Assembly (NCBI GenBank): GCA_021808365.1
Contig: JAKBBU010000005.1
Location: 1 to 59,509 of the forward strand
DNA length: 59,509 nt
Reading direction: 5' to 3'
Source of the DNA: Pseudomonadota bacterium
Lineage (GTDB): Bacteria; Pseudomonadota; Gammaproteobacteria; JAKBBU01
Positions 16,621 to 26,445 of this stretch are shown in pieces. The translations under genes were made by a program, and so were the position numbers. The notes below the pieces were generated by a model. It saw only the letters and a program-made list of their open reading frames with translations, was not told where the DNA came from and did not search any database. Numbering within the stretch: the stretch's first letter is position 1; every line of letters begins with the position of its first letter.

Positions 16621-18873
16621 TTAAATACTTTGTGAAGAGATCTTACTTGGTTCTTTGATCGCATTAAGGGCTACCTGCAAATTTTTTCTAGATTCTTTAT
16701 AGGTTGGATGATCTATAAATTCTTTTAGCCATCCTTGAAGGGTTGTGCTTGCAATAAGGTTTTTATTGATCCTGAACCATTTTCCAAAATCTTGGTTCTC
16801 GAGTATTTCTTCTGCTACTTCTATGAGAGAAAAAGCATCAATTTTTTCATTCAGTGAATGTAAGAGTTTTTCTTGTTCTTGGATAAAGGCGTCGAAAAAT
16901 TGTAATATATTATAGCAAAGATGCATACCTGATGTTATCAACTCTTCTTTTCTTCTTGAAGCAGATTGGATGGTTGTTCTAAGAAAATGTTGGCTTGCTT
17001 CTAGAAGTGCTTCATTTTGGCGATGGTTTGAGATCTCGGAAATAGGATGATAGAAGAGAGAGGGCTGTTGGAATGGAGACGTTGCTATACTAGACTTTAA
17101 TTGAATAAGTCCTTTCTTTTCCTTATCTTCTTCATCGCTACTGTAATCTGAGCTGGAACCACCTTGAGTAGTTAATGTTTCATCATCAGAGTCTGATTTT
17201 TTAGTTTCTGTTATAATAAATGGTCTAGTAAATAATGATTGTTGTTGTGATTGGATTGCTGGAACAATGGAAGGGACATATTCTGGGATAGAACCTATTT
17301 GTTTTTTAGGAAATTCATGTTCAATAGGTGTGGTTTTTTTTAATCGAAGGGTGGTTTCTTTCAACATTGTTGGTGTAACCTGAACAACAGGGGGGTGTTG
17401 TGCAATGATTATTGCTGAAATAGGTGGTTTTTTAGAAGGGAGCACATTTAAATCAGAAATATCCACACATATATTAGTATCGTGTTGAATTTCTCGATAA
17501 TGTTCATCAACAGTTTTTCTTTCCCCTATTGATTCAATGACGTTACTACCAATAGGGCTCATTAATTCAAGTAATTTTTGAATGCTTTTAACAATATTAG
17601 AGGATTCTATTTTTTTATAGACAACTCTACTATGTTCAGAACAGCTCTGGAGGTGTTCTTTGACTGTGGTGTTATTCAAAAAAACTAAGGTTATAGGATT
17701 TTCAACACCGACCAACCCAATTTGGCTGAGCTGAAAACTGGCGAGAGTCTGGGCAAGGTTAGTTCCTAAGGTTTTAATGGTATTTAAAAATAAGGCAATT
17801 AATGGCACAGGGATACGTTTTGGATCCAGAGGAGTAAGTTGAAAAAAAGTTGGATGATCTAAAATGAGAGCAATTTGTTGAAGGGTGTTCTCAAGTTCAT
17901 CGATATCCATCAATGGAGATGAAATTTTTATTTCTTTTCTTAAGTTTTTTAGGTCTTGAATTATATTGTTTAGAGGCTCTTTAAGTTTTAGCAACGGTTC
18001 TAATTCCAGAGCAGTTGCAAGAGTAGCCATTAAATTGGCTTCAGTGTGTTGCATTTTGTCTAGCAATTGATTAAAGAGGTTTTTAATCTGTTCATCCGAC
18101 ATTAAGTTTTTCAATGATTTTTTTTCGTTTTCTAAAAAATCCTGGTAATCTAATAATAATTTTTTTTGATCAGCGGTAATCTCGCATGCATTAAGAATAT
18201 TACTTTTTAATTGCTCGCTAATTTGATAATCATCGAAAAAGTAAATGTTTTTTTGGTTGATGGGGGTTAATCTTTTATTTATACGTTGAAGATCGGAAGA
18301 GAAAAACTCAACAAGAGGGCGTTTGTTTTGTGATTGTTTTATAAGGTTCTTTGATAGATTATTGATGATGTTAATAAGTTTGTTTTTTTCAGTCTCGAAA
18401 TCTTTCGGTGAAAAATGGATGTCTTTAAAATAGAAAATAGAAGAAATGTTTTTTATTGAAATAACATTGGTTTGCTGTTTGTTAAATTCGATAGCTCCCA
18501 TGAACGTTAAGAGGAGCCCTCTTTGAAGTTGATCAGTGATTTTCTGGGTAATTTCTTGGATGTAGGGTTCAGATTCTTTTGGAAAGGGGGTATGGATATC
18601 GATATGTTTTGCTTTTAAAATTCTTTCCAGATTTTGAATTTTTTCTGAAAAAAAAGTATTGGTTGATAACCAATTGATACCTTGCCGGGCCTTATCAAAA
18701 AAATCAGGATAGTCTTTGCAAAATTTTATATATTCTTGAGTTTGTTTTTCATATCCAGAAAAAGGGACTTCAGAAAGCCAGCGTGGAAGTTGAAAGTGAA
18801 TAAGTAATTGAAATTCTGTTTTTGGTTCGGAATCAAGGGAATAAACTTCTAACATAATTTTTTCTCCACTCAT
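16621..18873 (-). CDS. Hypothetical AT-rich coiled-coil protein, candidate effector
   Basis: 750-aa ORF with an acidic/Ser low-complexity patch; no recognised domain. Confidence 0.7.
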   Translation of the reverse strand: MSGEKIMLEVYSLDSEPKTEFQLLIHFQLPRWLSEVPFSGYEKQTQEYIKFCKDYPDFFDKARQGINWLSTNTFFSEKIQNLERILKAKHIDIHTPFPKESEPYIQEITQKITDQLQRGLLLTFMGAIEFNKQQTNVISIKNISSIFYFKDIHFSPKDFETEKNKLINIINNLSKNLIKQSQNKRPLVEFFSSDLQRINKRLTPINQKNIYFFDDYQISEQLKSNILNACEITADQKKLLLDYQDFLENEKKSLKNLMSDEQIKNLFNQLLDKMQHTEANLMATLATALELEPLLKLKEPLNNIIQDLKNLRKEIKISSPLMDIDELENTLQQIALILDHPTFFQLTPLDPKRIPVPLIALFLNTIKTLGTNLAQTLASFQLSQIGLVGVENPITLVFLNNTTVKEHLQSCSEHSRVVYKKIESSNIVKSIQKLLELMSPIGSNVIESIGERKTVDEHYREIQHDTNICVDISDLNVLPSKKPPISAIIIAQHPPVVQVTPTMLKETTLRLKKTTPIEHEFPKKQIGSIPEYVPSIVPAIQSQQQSLFTRPFIITETKKSDSDDETLTTQGGSSSDYSSDEEDKEKKGLIQLKSSIATSPFQQPSLFYHPISEISNHRQNEALLEASQHFLRTTIQSASRRKEELITSGMHLCYNILQFFDAFIQEQEKLLHSLNEKIDAFSLIEVAEEILENQDFGKWFRINKNLIASTTLQGWLKEFIDHPTYKESRKNLQVALNAIKEPSKISSQSI

Positions 18874-19041
18874 TATTCATTTAAGATCGCCAAGACACAT
18901 AAATTCATTTATGATCGTTGGTAAATTTAAAAATTAAGATGGCATTTAAACTATGATTCTCGTTCCTCTTTGAGGAACAGTAGGGATTCTAACTCAAAAC
19001 ATCAGGTTTTTCAAGTAAAGTTTTTTTAAATTAATTTGAAT

Positions 19042-20505
19042 TCAGATTGATCCAAAAAAAGAATTAATGGCGTTGATTGTATTCACAATTTGTTCACCAT
19101 AAAAAATTAGAGTCAATGCTGATCGCATTTCATCTTGTTCAAGTTCAACAGAGATTTTTTTTGTTTGCTCTGAAAAATCAGAATTGATCTCCATTTTTAA
19201 TTTTGTTTTCAATGTCGTTAACAAAGAGTTTGAATTATCAGGGGAAACGTCAAAATTAAGTGCCCAAATCATGGCGCCACCTAAATGATTTTCATTGATG
19301 TAATCTGCTTTTGTCGCAATGGTTTGCTGATTATCGTAGACCACCATTTGCTTGGTCTTGGGGTTATAGGCCCAAACTGCATTCGCTTTATTATCATGAT
19401 AAGTGACATGTTCTTTAAAGCCTGCACTCAATAATTCTTGTACACGTTGGTAACTCAATATACCCGGTTTAGTATTGGGGGCTAATTTTGGTTTTTTTGA
19501 TGGATCAAAAGGTTGGAACAGCCCATTATTTTTTGCAGGAACACTCCCATAGGAGAAAGCGTAAAATGGCACGCCCATGATAATTTTATTGGTGGGAACG
19601 CCCTGTGTATTTAAATATTGAATAGACTCATCGCAATTAGCGTGATAATACCCTTTTGTATTAGGTTCTTGGTTGTTGGGGAAAAGATTGCTCATAAATC
19701 CTGTGTAATGCAATTTAGCAAAGGGCGTATGAAAGTCATAACACATATCTGAAACAATGTTCACATTTTTTGCGATCGTTTCCCAATTTTTTGCACCAAT
19801 GCTATGAATTGCGCCTTGATCAAAAGCTGTGGTCATTGAGATCCACGCTTTGTTACCAAGTTTTGCTCGCAATTTTTCGATGAGTTGAGTGTATTGTTTT
19901 GCTTGTGTTGGAGAGAATGTATCTGATACTTCAAAATCGAGATCGACCCCGGATAAATGGTAATGATTCACGAGAGTTTGAACAGAATTTAAAAAAGCAG
20001 CGGGATGAGCAATCGCATGTTCAAATGAAGCTTGATCAGCCCCGCCACCAATGGAGATGATTTTTTTTAAAGAGTTTGATTTATTTTGTAAATGTGAGAA
20101 AGCATGAAAATTGTCGAGTTTGACATTGTCATTATTGCTACCTGCTTTGCAGATCCCTTTATTTTGCTCACAGAAAGGTTTATCGTCGGTGCCTAAATCG
20201 ACATAAGAGTCTTCGAAATGGATTTCGCCTTTTTTATTGACGGGGAAAAAAGCATAGGCGATAACATCGAGATCATTAAGTTTAGATGAGAAATCTTTAT
20301 TGTCTTGGACATGACCTTGAACATCGTAACTGCCGGGCAGTGGGTAGATCAGGGGTGACCCTTGTGTTTGAGTTGTGGAGACATTGTCATCATTGTACCA
20401 CCAATAACTCATGATGATTTTCTGCGTGGGTTCTGCAGCCATCGATGAGAGAGGGAGTAGAATGAAGGTCAGGCACATGGAAAAAATGATTATTATTTTT
20501 TTCAT
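19042..20505 (-). CDS. Secreted GH18 chitinase-like glycoside hydrolase
   Basis: Signal peptide, SIGG, GVDLDFE (DxDxE), MCYDF, LGGAMIW. Confidence 0.92.
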   Translation of the reverse strand: MKKIIIIFSMCLTFILLPLSSMAAEPTQKIIMSYWWYNDDNVSTTQTQGSPLIYPLPGSYDVQGHVQDNKDFSSKLNDLDVIAYAFFPVNKKGEIHFEDSYVDLGTDDKPFCEQNKGICKAGSNNDNVKLDNFHAFSHLQNKSNSLKKIISIGGGADQASFEHAIAHPAAFLNSVQTLVNHYHLSGVDLDFEVSDTFSPTQAKQYTQLIEKLRAKLGNKAWISMTTAFDQGAIHSIGAKNWETIAKNVNIVSDMCYDFHTPFAKLHYTGFMSNLFPNNQEPNTKGYYHANCDESIQYLNTQGVPTNKIIMGVPFYAFSYGSVPAKNNGLFQPFDPSKKPKLAPNTKPGILSYQRVQELLSAGFKEHVTYHDNKANAVWAYNPKTKQMVVYDNQQTIATKADYINENHLGGAMIWALNFDVSPDNSNSLLTTLKTKLKMEINSDFSEQTKKISVELEQDEMRSALTLIFYGEQIVNTINAINSFFGSI

Positions 20506-20525
20506 TTGTCCTCCTATATTGGAAG

Positions 20526-20645
20526 TGTCTCAATGGTGTTGATTGTTTTTCAGAATTTGATTTTACAAACCAATCGCCAGCATGGATGTATTAACGGCGT
20601 GTTTGTAAAATCAAATTCTGAAAAACAATCAACACCATTGAGACA
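20526..20645. repeat. Perfect inverted repeat, 45-bp arms with 30-nt loop
   Basis: 20526-20570 is the exact reverse complement of 20601-20645. Confidence 0.95.
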
Positions 20646-20763
20646 GGGTTCCTTTGTTATTGGTTGTTGAAAGAGGGCAACATCGTACCATACGAATGCT
20701 CAATAATCAACCTTTTTTATTCTATAATACATTTTTTTATAATTATTTTTATAAATATCAAAG

Positions 20764-22086
20764 CTATTCTCTCAAAATAGCTTTAAAATCAATAGCCATT
20801 TTCTGCAAATCAATTTGATCCATGAACAAAGAAAAATTCATCCAAGAGCTTAATGAGGCGAGATCACTGAACTGTGGGGGAAGATATTTTGCAGGTTTGA
20901 TAAGGCCTTCCTCAACCAGATCAGCCAATAATGGCAAGTCTTCTAAGGTAGTTTTACCCAAGAATAAGAGGGGAATATAATGTAAAACTCCTTTTTGAAT
21001 TGCAAGGCAAATATAATTATAAATTAAAATAAATCCACGGCTGTAGACGAGATCTTTTGTAAAGGGCGCGCCACCATGGGGCGTGCTTCCCCGAAAAACA
21101 CGCACAGCAAGACCATAACTTTCTTCATCACCATGGCCTTGTTCACGATAAAAATTAAAGACTTCGATGAAGTTAGCGCCCGCTTCAACCATCGCAATGG
21201 CACGAACGCGATTCACTAATCGTTGTAAACGAGCAGGGTACATACTAAAGGTGAATATTTCGGTAATGATCGCCAAGCCTTCTTGCGTCATGGTGGATGA
21301 AGGAGGGCCCTTACTGAGGAAGGTACAAATCGGTTGGCGTAAGCCATTAAGCGTGGTGCCCACATGCACCCAACCTTCATGCACTTCTAAAATTTTTAAA
21401 TCACGTTCTGTAAATTGTGCATCTTCACGAATTTTAACGGATTCTGCACCAGCGGCAGCATCAGCAATAATACTATCGCTGATTTCAACGCGGATCGATT
21501 CAGCGGGATCATTAAAATAAGTGCTTAATCGTTCTTTAAGAATATCGACGGTTTGTTGGCTGCTATAACGTTTTTCATCTTTTTCATTTTGAGTTTGGAG
21601 TTTTAAGGTGGGTAATGTGCGGGAAAGCGATTCGGCAAAGTCTTGATTGGTGGGGCCGCCTTGATAGAAGGCATCTTGATCGCTGCCATAGAGGGCTTTT
21701 GAAATTTCTGAAAATTGGGGTGTGCCTCGCGCTTCAATCATTCGAATAACGTCTCGGTATTCACGGCTCATACGTTGAAGTAATAAACTCAGTCCGCTGA
21801 TTTTGCCGAGGTGTTTTTGGACGTTCAGTTCAAATTCGAGAAATTCTTGTGTTTTTTTCTCGGGGTCGTAGTTGAGTGGAACTTGTTTGTAAAAATCAAC
21901 GTCGATGGCGGGTAATTCTTGGCATCCTTGATCGAAAAAACGTTTTTGAGTAGAAGCTGGCCATTTGATGGCATCTAAAATGCGGATTGGTTTTTGAATA
22001 TTAACTAATTGTTCAGAGAGTTCACGAATTTTAGTTTGTTCAGGGCTGAGGTTGCTCACAGGGGCTCCAGATTTAGAGGTCTTCAT
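20764..22086 (-). CDS. QEGLA-motif / DUF1704 (MATCAP-like) metallopeptidase
   Basis: HEGWVH (HExxxH), TQEGLA, RVFRG, FTKDLVY; start uncertain (22086 or 22092). Confidence 0.85.
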   Translation of the reverse strand: MKTSKSGAPVSNLSPEQTKIRELSEQLVNIQKPIRILDAIKWPASTQKRFFDQGCQELPAIDVDFYKQVPLNYDPEKKTQEFLEFELNVQKHLGKISGLSLLLQRMSREYRDVIRMIEARGTPQFSEISKALYGSDQDAFYQGGPTNQDFAESLSRTLPTLKLQTQNEKDEKRYSSQQTVDILKERLSTYFNDPAESIRVEISDSIIADAAAGAESVKIREDAQFTERDLKILEVHEGWVHVGTTLNGLRQPICTFLSKGPPSSTMTQEGLAIITEIFTFSMYPARLQRLVNRVRAIAMVEAGANFIEVFNFYREQGHGDEESYGLAVRVFRGSTPHGGAPFTKDLVYSRGFILIYNYICLAIQKGVLHYIPLLFLGKTTLEDLPLLADLVEEGLIKPAKYLPPQFSDLASLSSWMNFSLFMDQIDLQKMAIDFKAILRE

Positions 22087-22348
22087 AAACATCTTTACGA
22101 TGTTTAATCGCGATAATAATGACAGTATTTGTTTCAGCTTCGATACGATAGACAATACGATAATCACTGACTCGTAGCCGCCGATGACTTTTTAGGCTAT
22201 AACGCAAGGGCTTACCAAACCCGATCGGATCAACCATCAACCGTTCTTCAATTGCACGTTTGATCAATGTTTTTGCACTGGATGAAAGGCTTGGGATGTG
22301 TTTTCGTATAACCTCTTCTTGATAACGGATATTATACTTTAATCCCAT
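22073..22348 (-). CDS. RelE/ParE family toxin
   Basis: GKPLRYSL..RRLRVSDYRIVY...IKHRKDVY. Confidence 0.88.
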   Translation of the reverse strand: MGLKYNIRYQEEVIRKHIPSLSSSAKTLIKRAIEERLMVDPIGFGKPLRYSLKSHRRLRVSDYRIVYRIEAETNTVIIIAIKHRKDVYEDL

Positions 22349-22560
22349 GCTTCATTGTGGCTATAAGTTTCCACCCCCGGTTGATCGAGTTTTTGGGCAA
22401 TCCGAGAGAGATATAAATCTTCTCGCATTTCCAATGCTTCAAGGGCCAACTCTCGAACTAAACCTGCAATGGACTTATGTTCGTGGTCCGCTAAATCTGT
22501 AAGGAGTGCTACTGTGGGTGCTTCAAAGGTAACATTGATTCTTGGATTTTTAGTTGACAT
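22339..22560 (-). CDS. Ribbon-helix-helix antitoxin
   Basis: KNPRINVT N-terminus, EDLYL...SHNEAW; overlaps toxin start. Confidence 0.8.
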   Translation of the reverse strand: MSTKNPRINVTFEAPTVALLTDLADHEHKSIAGLVRELALEALEMREDLYLSRIAQKLDQPGVETYSHNEAWD

Positions 22561-22634
22561 ATTAACTCCTGATTCAGTTAAACTAGGCTTGTAATCAAGA
22601 GTAACACTTTTACATCATTTTGTCAAGGAGACAT

Positions 22635-23729
22635 ATGGATATCTATCTCGTAGGCGGCGCTGTGCGTGATGAATTGTTGGGCCGTCCCGTGGTTGAACGG
22701 GATTGGGTCGTCGTGGGCGCAACGCCCGAAGATATGGTTGCCAAGGGCTTTAAGCCAGTAGGGCGTGATTTCCCTGTTTTTCTTCATCCTAAAACGTATG
22801 AAGAATATGCACTTGCACGGACTGAACGAAAAGTGGGGCGTGGTTATCGTGGATTTCAAATCTTTGCTGATCCGAGTGTGACCTTAGAAGACGATTTAGA
22901 ACGGCGAGATTTAACGATCAATGCGATTGCACGTACTGAAAAGGGGCAAGTGATTGATCCCTTTAATGGGCAACGTGATTTATACGATCGTAAACTGCGC
23001 CATGTTTCAGAAGCCTTTATTGAAGATCCTGTGCGCATTTTACGCGTGGCCCGATTTACCGCGCGTTATGCACATCTTGGGTTTACGGTTGCCGATGAAA
23101 CCATGCACTTAATGCAAAGAATGGTGGAATTGGGTGAAGTTGATGCCTTAGTGGCTGAACGGGTTTGGCAGGAATGGCACAGTGCTCTGGGTGAAGAACA
23201 TCCAGGTTTATTTTTTGATGTGCTAAAAAGTGCTCATGCCTTTGAACGTTTATTCCCAGAATTAGTGACTGATTACGATGAGCGGTTGCAAGTTTTACAG
23301 CAAGCCTGTGTGTTAACCCCTGATCCACGAGTTCGTTTTGCAGCGCAGATCCAAGAAGCGGCAGAACATCTTGATCAACGCTATCGTCTTCCCCGAGAAT
23401 TTCGCGATTTGGCCTTATTAGTGGGGCGATTAAAAACAATGAGTCATTGTGCTCTTCAATATCCTGCACAAGATATTTTAACTATTCTCGAAAAAACGGA
23501 TGCTTATCGCAGACCTGAACGACTGAATGATTTTTTATTGGCCTGTGCTGCAGATTATTGCGCAGGCCATCACGAAATTGTTTATCCACAGGCAAAACAT
23601 ATTGAAAAAATCTTTGAGATTGCAAAATCTGTATCAATTCGTGATTGTATTGATGCCGGATTAACGGGACCATTTTTAAAAGAAGAATTACATCGACGAA
23701 GGGTATTGGCGGTAGCTAAATTAGATTAG
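22635..23729 (+). CDS. cca: CCA-adding tRNA nucleotidyltransferase (short, no HD motif)
   Basis: VGGAVRD, ERDWVV, EEYALARTE, RRDLTINA, EDPVRILR. Confidence 0.93.
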   Translation: MDIYLVGGAVRDELLGRPVVERDWVVVGATPEDMVAKGFKPVGRDFPVFLHPKTYEEYALARTERKVGRGYRGFQIFADPSVTLEDDLERRDLTINAIARTEKGQVIDPFNGQRDLYDRKLRHVSEAFIEDPVRILRVARFTARYAHLGFTVADETMHLMQRMVELGEVDALVAERVWQEWHSALGEEHPGLFFDVLKSAHAFERLFPELVTDYDERLQVLQQACVLTPDPRVRFAAQIQEAAEHLDQRYRLPREFRDLALLVGRLKTMSHCALQYPAQDILTILEKTDAYRRPERLNDFLLACAADYCAGHHEIVYPQAKHIEKIFEIAKSVSIRDCIDAGLTGPFLKEELHRRRVLAVAKLD

Positions 23730-23735
23730 TCTATA

Positions 23736-23917
23736 ATCCTAAATTCGGCAGTTGTAATCTACTGCAGAGGGCTAATGCATTGAACCTAGACATTTTTTTA
23801 GTATTTTTTAGCTTCACCGTAGGGGTGTCTACTGTCTTGCTAAAAAATACTAAAAAAGCTGCCTATCTTCAGCGCCTTAGCCCTCTTCGCTACGATTCCA
23901 ACTGCCGAATTTAGGAT
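23736..23917. mobile_element. MITE-like imperfect palindrome of about 180 bp between convergent cca and dsbB
   Basis: 19-bp perfect terminal IR ATCCTAAATTCGGCAGTTG, plus internal IRs AGAGGGCTAA and TTTTTTAGTATTTTTTAGC. Confidence 0.7.
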
Positions 23918-23938
23918 AATGCAAAAAACTTGCCCGAA

Positions 23939-24457
23939 TTATAAGTCTTTCTTTGTATTGCAGGCAGCATACAAATAAGCGATCGCAAGACCTATGAAGA
24001 TTATGAGCATCCACGCGGCCATGCTTAATCCCAAAAAACGCCAAGGGACTTCAGCACAATTGCCACTGCCTTCCAAAAGTAATTTGAGTGTTTGGTTAAA
24101 AGCAAAGTGTGAGAGCATATAAGAAAGGCTTGCACCGCAGGCGGAGGTTTGTGTGTGCAGATGAGCGGTAAATTGTAACCAGGTTTGGCGTCCAGCAACA
24201 CCAGCACCGAGGAAGGAAATGATCAGCCCAATCACACTGTAAATTCGCAAGCCGTAAAGAGGTGGTCGATGAAGAAAGGCGATCAGTGAGAGGAGTGCAA
24301 GCAAAAAAACAGCAATTCGTTGTAAGATACAAAGAGGGCAGGGCACAAGATGTTCAATGAATTGAAAATAAAGAGAGGCACATAATAAAAAGGAGCAGAA
24401 TAAAAAAGCTGCACCATGAATTCGACGGGAAGAAAAGAATATTAAAAAGTTGATCAT
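23939..24457 (-). CDS. dsbB: Disulfide bond formation protein B
   Basis: PCPLCILQR, second Cys pair (ACG...GNC), 4 TM helices. Confidence 0.93.
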   Translation of the reverse strand: MINFLIFFSSRRIHGAAFLFCSFLLCASLYFQFIEHLVPCPLCILQRIAVFLLALLSLIAFLHRPPLYGLRIYSVIGLIISFLGAGVAGRQTWLQFTAHLHTQTSACGASLSYMLSHFAFNQTLKLLLEGSGNCAEVPWRFLGLSMAAWMLIIFIGLAIAYLYAACNTKKDL

Positions 24458-24596
24458 GCGATTCCTGTACTCAAAGCAAACGATTTTAGAGGTATCATTT
24501 TTTATTAATCATAATTCTTCTTTCCTTTATTTGCAAAAAATAACAAATACGTTTAAAATTCGGCCAGCTTTCTTTTTAAAGTGGGGGCAGAAAAAA

Positions 24597-25124
24597 ATGA
24601 TTAAAAAAATAGCAATGGTTTCTACGTTAACACTGATCGTATTCAGTAACACGGCGTTTGCATCAGCAAATGGATTCTACGGTGGCGGTGAATTGGGATA
24701 TAGCGATATTGATGATACAGCGGGCCACGTGATCCCCTTCACTTCTGGAATTTCAACCGATGGTTTGGGAGGGCGTGTTTTTGGTGGTTATCAATTTAAC
24801 CGATTCATTGCTGCGGAAGGTGGCTTTGGATTTGATCAAGATAGTCTATTCAAGGCGACCAACCAAATTAACGTTGATCTTGAAGCCAAGGGCATGTTAC
24901 CCATCACTCAATGTTTCAATGTCTTTGGTAAATTGGGTGGCACCTATGTTGATCAAAATCAAGGTGGATCGGGCAGTGCGATCCGGCCTCTGTATGGTCT
25001 AGGGTTGGGTTATGACATCAATCGCAAGGTGAATACCACCTTGGAATGGACACGGATCATCGGCGAAGGTTCGCTGAATGATAGCAATTCTTTGTTGCTG
25101 GGGCTGGCATATCATTTAGGGTAA
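24597..25124 (+). CDS. OmpA-like outer-membrane beta-barrel protein
   Basis: Signal peptide, GFYGG, GRVFGGYQFN, terminal LGLAYH. Confidence 0.8.
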   Translation: MIKKIAMVSTLTLIVFSNTAFASANGFYGGGELGYSDIDDTAGHVIPFTSGISTDGLGGRVFGGYQFNRFIAAEGGFGFDQDSLFKATNQINVDLEAKGMLPITQCFNVFGKLGGTYVDQNQGGSGSAIRPLYGLGLGYDINRKVNTTLEWTRIIGEGSLNDSNSLLLGLAYHLG

Positions 25125-25217
25125 AAGGAGCTATTGTATCTTTGCTTCAGGTCGAGTATCATTGCGCGCCTAGTAGATCGTTACCGGTGGAAAACCGCCG
25201 GTCCTTGGAGTAACTCA

Positions 25218-25652
25218 ATGAAAACAATCAGTGCAAATGCACAGACCGTTGCCCGTCAGTGGTTTGTTGTCGACGCTGCCGACAAGGTATTGGGCCGTTT
25301 AGCAACGGAAATCGCCCGGCGCCTGCGCGGTAAACACAAGGTCGTTTATACGCCACATGCGGATACAGGGGACTATATCATTGTCCTCAATGCTGAAAAA
25401 ATCCGTGTCACGGGGAACAAAGCGAAAGACAAGATTTATCACAATCATTCAAATTTTATTGGCGGTATGAAGTCCGTTCCGTTTGAAACGATGATGGAAA
25501 AAAAACCTGAACATGTACTCGAGCGGGCTGTTAAAGGTATGTTACCCAAGGGGCCGTTAGGACGTCAGATGTTTCGTAAGCTGAAAGTCTACGTGGGCCC
25601 TCTGCATCCGCATGAAGCCCAAGCGCCACTTCCTTTGGATATACAAGAGTAA
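25218..25652 (+). CDS. rplM: 50S ribosomal protein L13
   Basis: [33 protein letters not shown]. Confidence 0.98.
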   Translation: MKTISANAQTVARQWFVVDAADKVLGRLATEIARRLRGKHKVVYTPHADTGDYIIVLNAEKIRVTGNKAKDKIYHNHSNFIGGMKSVPFETMMEKKPEHVLERAVKGMLPKGPLGRQMFRKLKVYVGPLHPHEAQAPLPLDIQE

Positions 25653-25658
25653 ACTAAT

Positions 25659-26084
25659 ATGGCAGAACACCAATACTACGGAACAGGTCGCCGCAAAAGT
25701 TCGACCGCACGCGTTTTTCTAAAAGCCGGTCAGGGCACGGTGACCGTGAATTCACGCACACTTGAAAATTATTTTGGTGGACGTGAAACGTCGCGCATGA
25801 TCATTCGTCAACCGCTTGAAGCGGTAGGTATGATGGGCAAGTTTGATCTCTACATCACTGTCAAGGGCGGCGGGCTTTCTGGTCAAGCAGGTGCGATTCG
25901 TCATGGGATCACCCGTGCCTTAATGCACTACGATGAGTCAACGGGAAGTGATGGAACGGGCGAGCGCGCTTTTCGTCGTATTTTACGTGAGCGTGGTTAT
26001 GTGACGCGTGATGCGAGAGAAGTTGAACGTAAAAAAGTGGGTCGTCATAAGGCCCGTAAGAGACCTCAATATTCCAAGCGTTAA
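25659..26084 (+). CDS. rpsI: 30S ribosomal protein S9
   Basis: [29 protein letters not shown]. Confidence 0.98.
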   Translation: MAEHQYYGTGRRKSSTARVFLKAGQGTVTVNSRTLENYFGGRETSRMIIRQPLEAVGMMGKFDLYITVKGGGLSGQAGAIRHGITRALMHYDESTGSDGTGERAFRRILRERGYVTRDAREVERKKVGRHKARKRPQYSKR

Positions 26085-26111
26085 TTTCTGGCTTTTGTCA
26101 TATAAAATTGT

Positions 26112-26165
26112 GTAGGTTGGGTTAGCACAGCAGCTGTCAGGCGTTTAGGCTGAGCGTAACCCAAC
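26112..26165 (+). repeat. GTAG-type REP-like element
   Basis: GTAGGTTGGGTTAG...GCGTAACCCAAC. Confidence 0.75.
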
Positions 26166-26196
26166 AATACAGGCGCGAAGCGGAAGTTATTATCGC

Positions 26197-26240
26197 GGAT
26201 TTAGTGGTTCTTAGCGAGCTTGCTAGCTTAGAACTGCTTA
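26197..26240. repeat. Degenerate copy of the 42118/57908 palindrome family
   Basis: GGATTTAGTGGTTCTTAGCGAG matches the reverse complement of part of 42118-42183. Confidence 0.55.
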
Positions 26241-26445
26241 GGCTTTTACCCATGCCTCGGATCCAGAAAATAAAAAATGCTTTTTTCCCACTCCAATTGC
26301 TCACCCCTCGACCAATTTCTTACTAAATCAATCAGCTTTTCACTGAATTTAAAAAAGTTTATCCAAAAAAGTTTGCATTTGTTAAGTAACCGCTTTAGTG
26401 TTTCACCTTGAATTTTGAAAACTTTCTGAACTGCTGAGGTGATTT

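Noticed and set aside
19066-20645. Hairpin/gene similarity considered as a DGR template-variable repeat pair
   Set aside because: It covers only about 30 nt with a gap, mismatches are not adenine-specific, and no reverse transcriptase is nearby.
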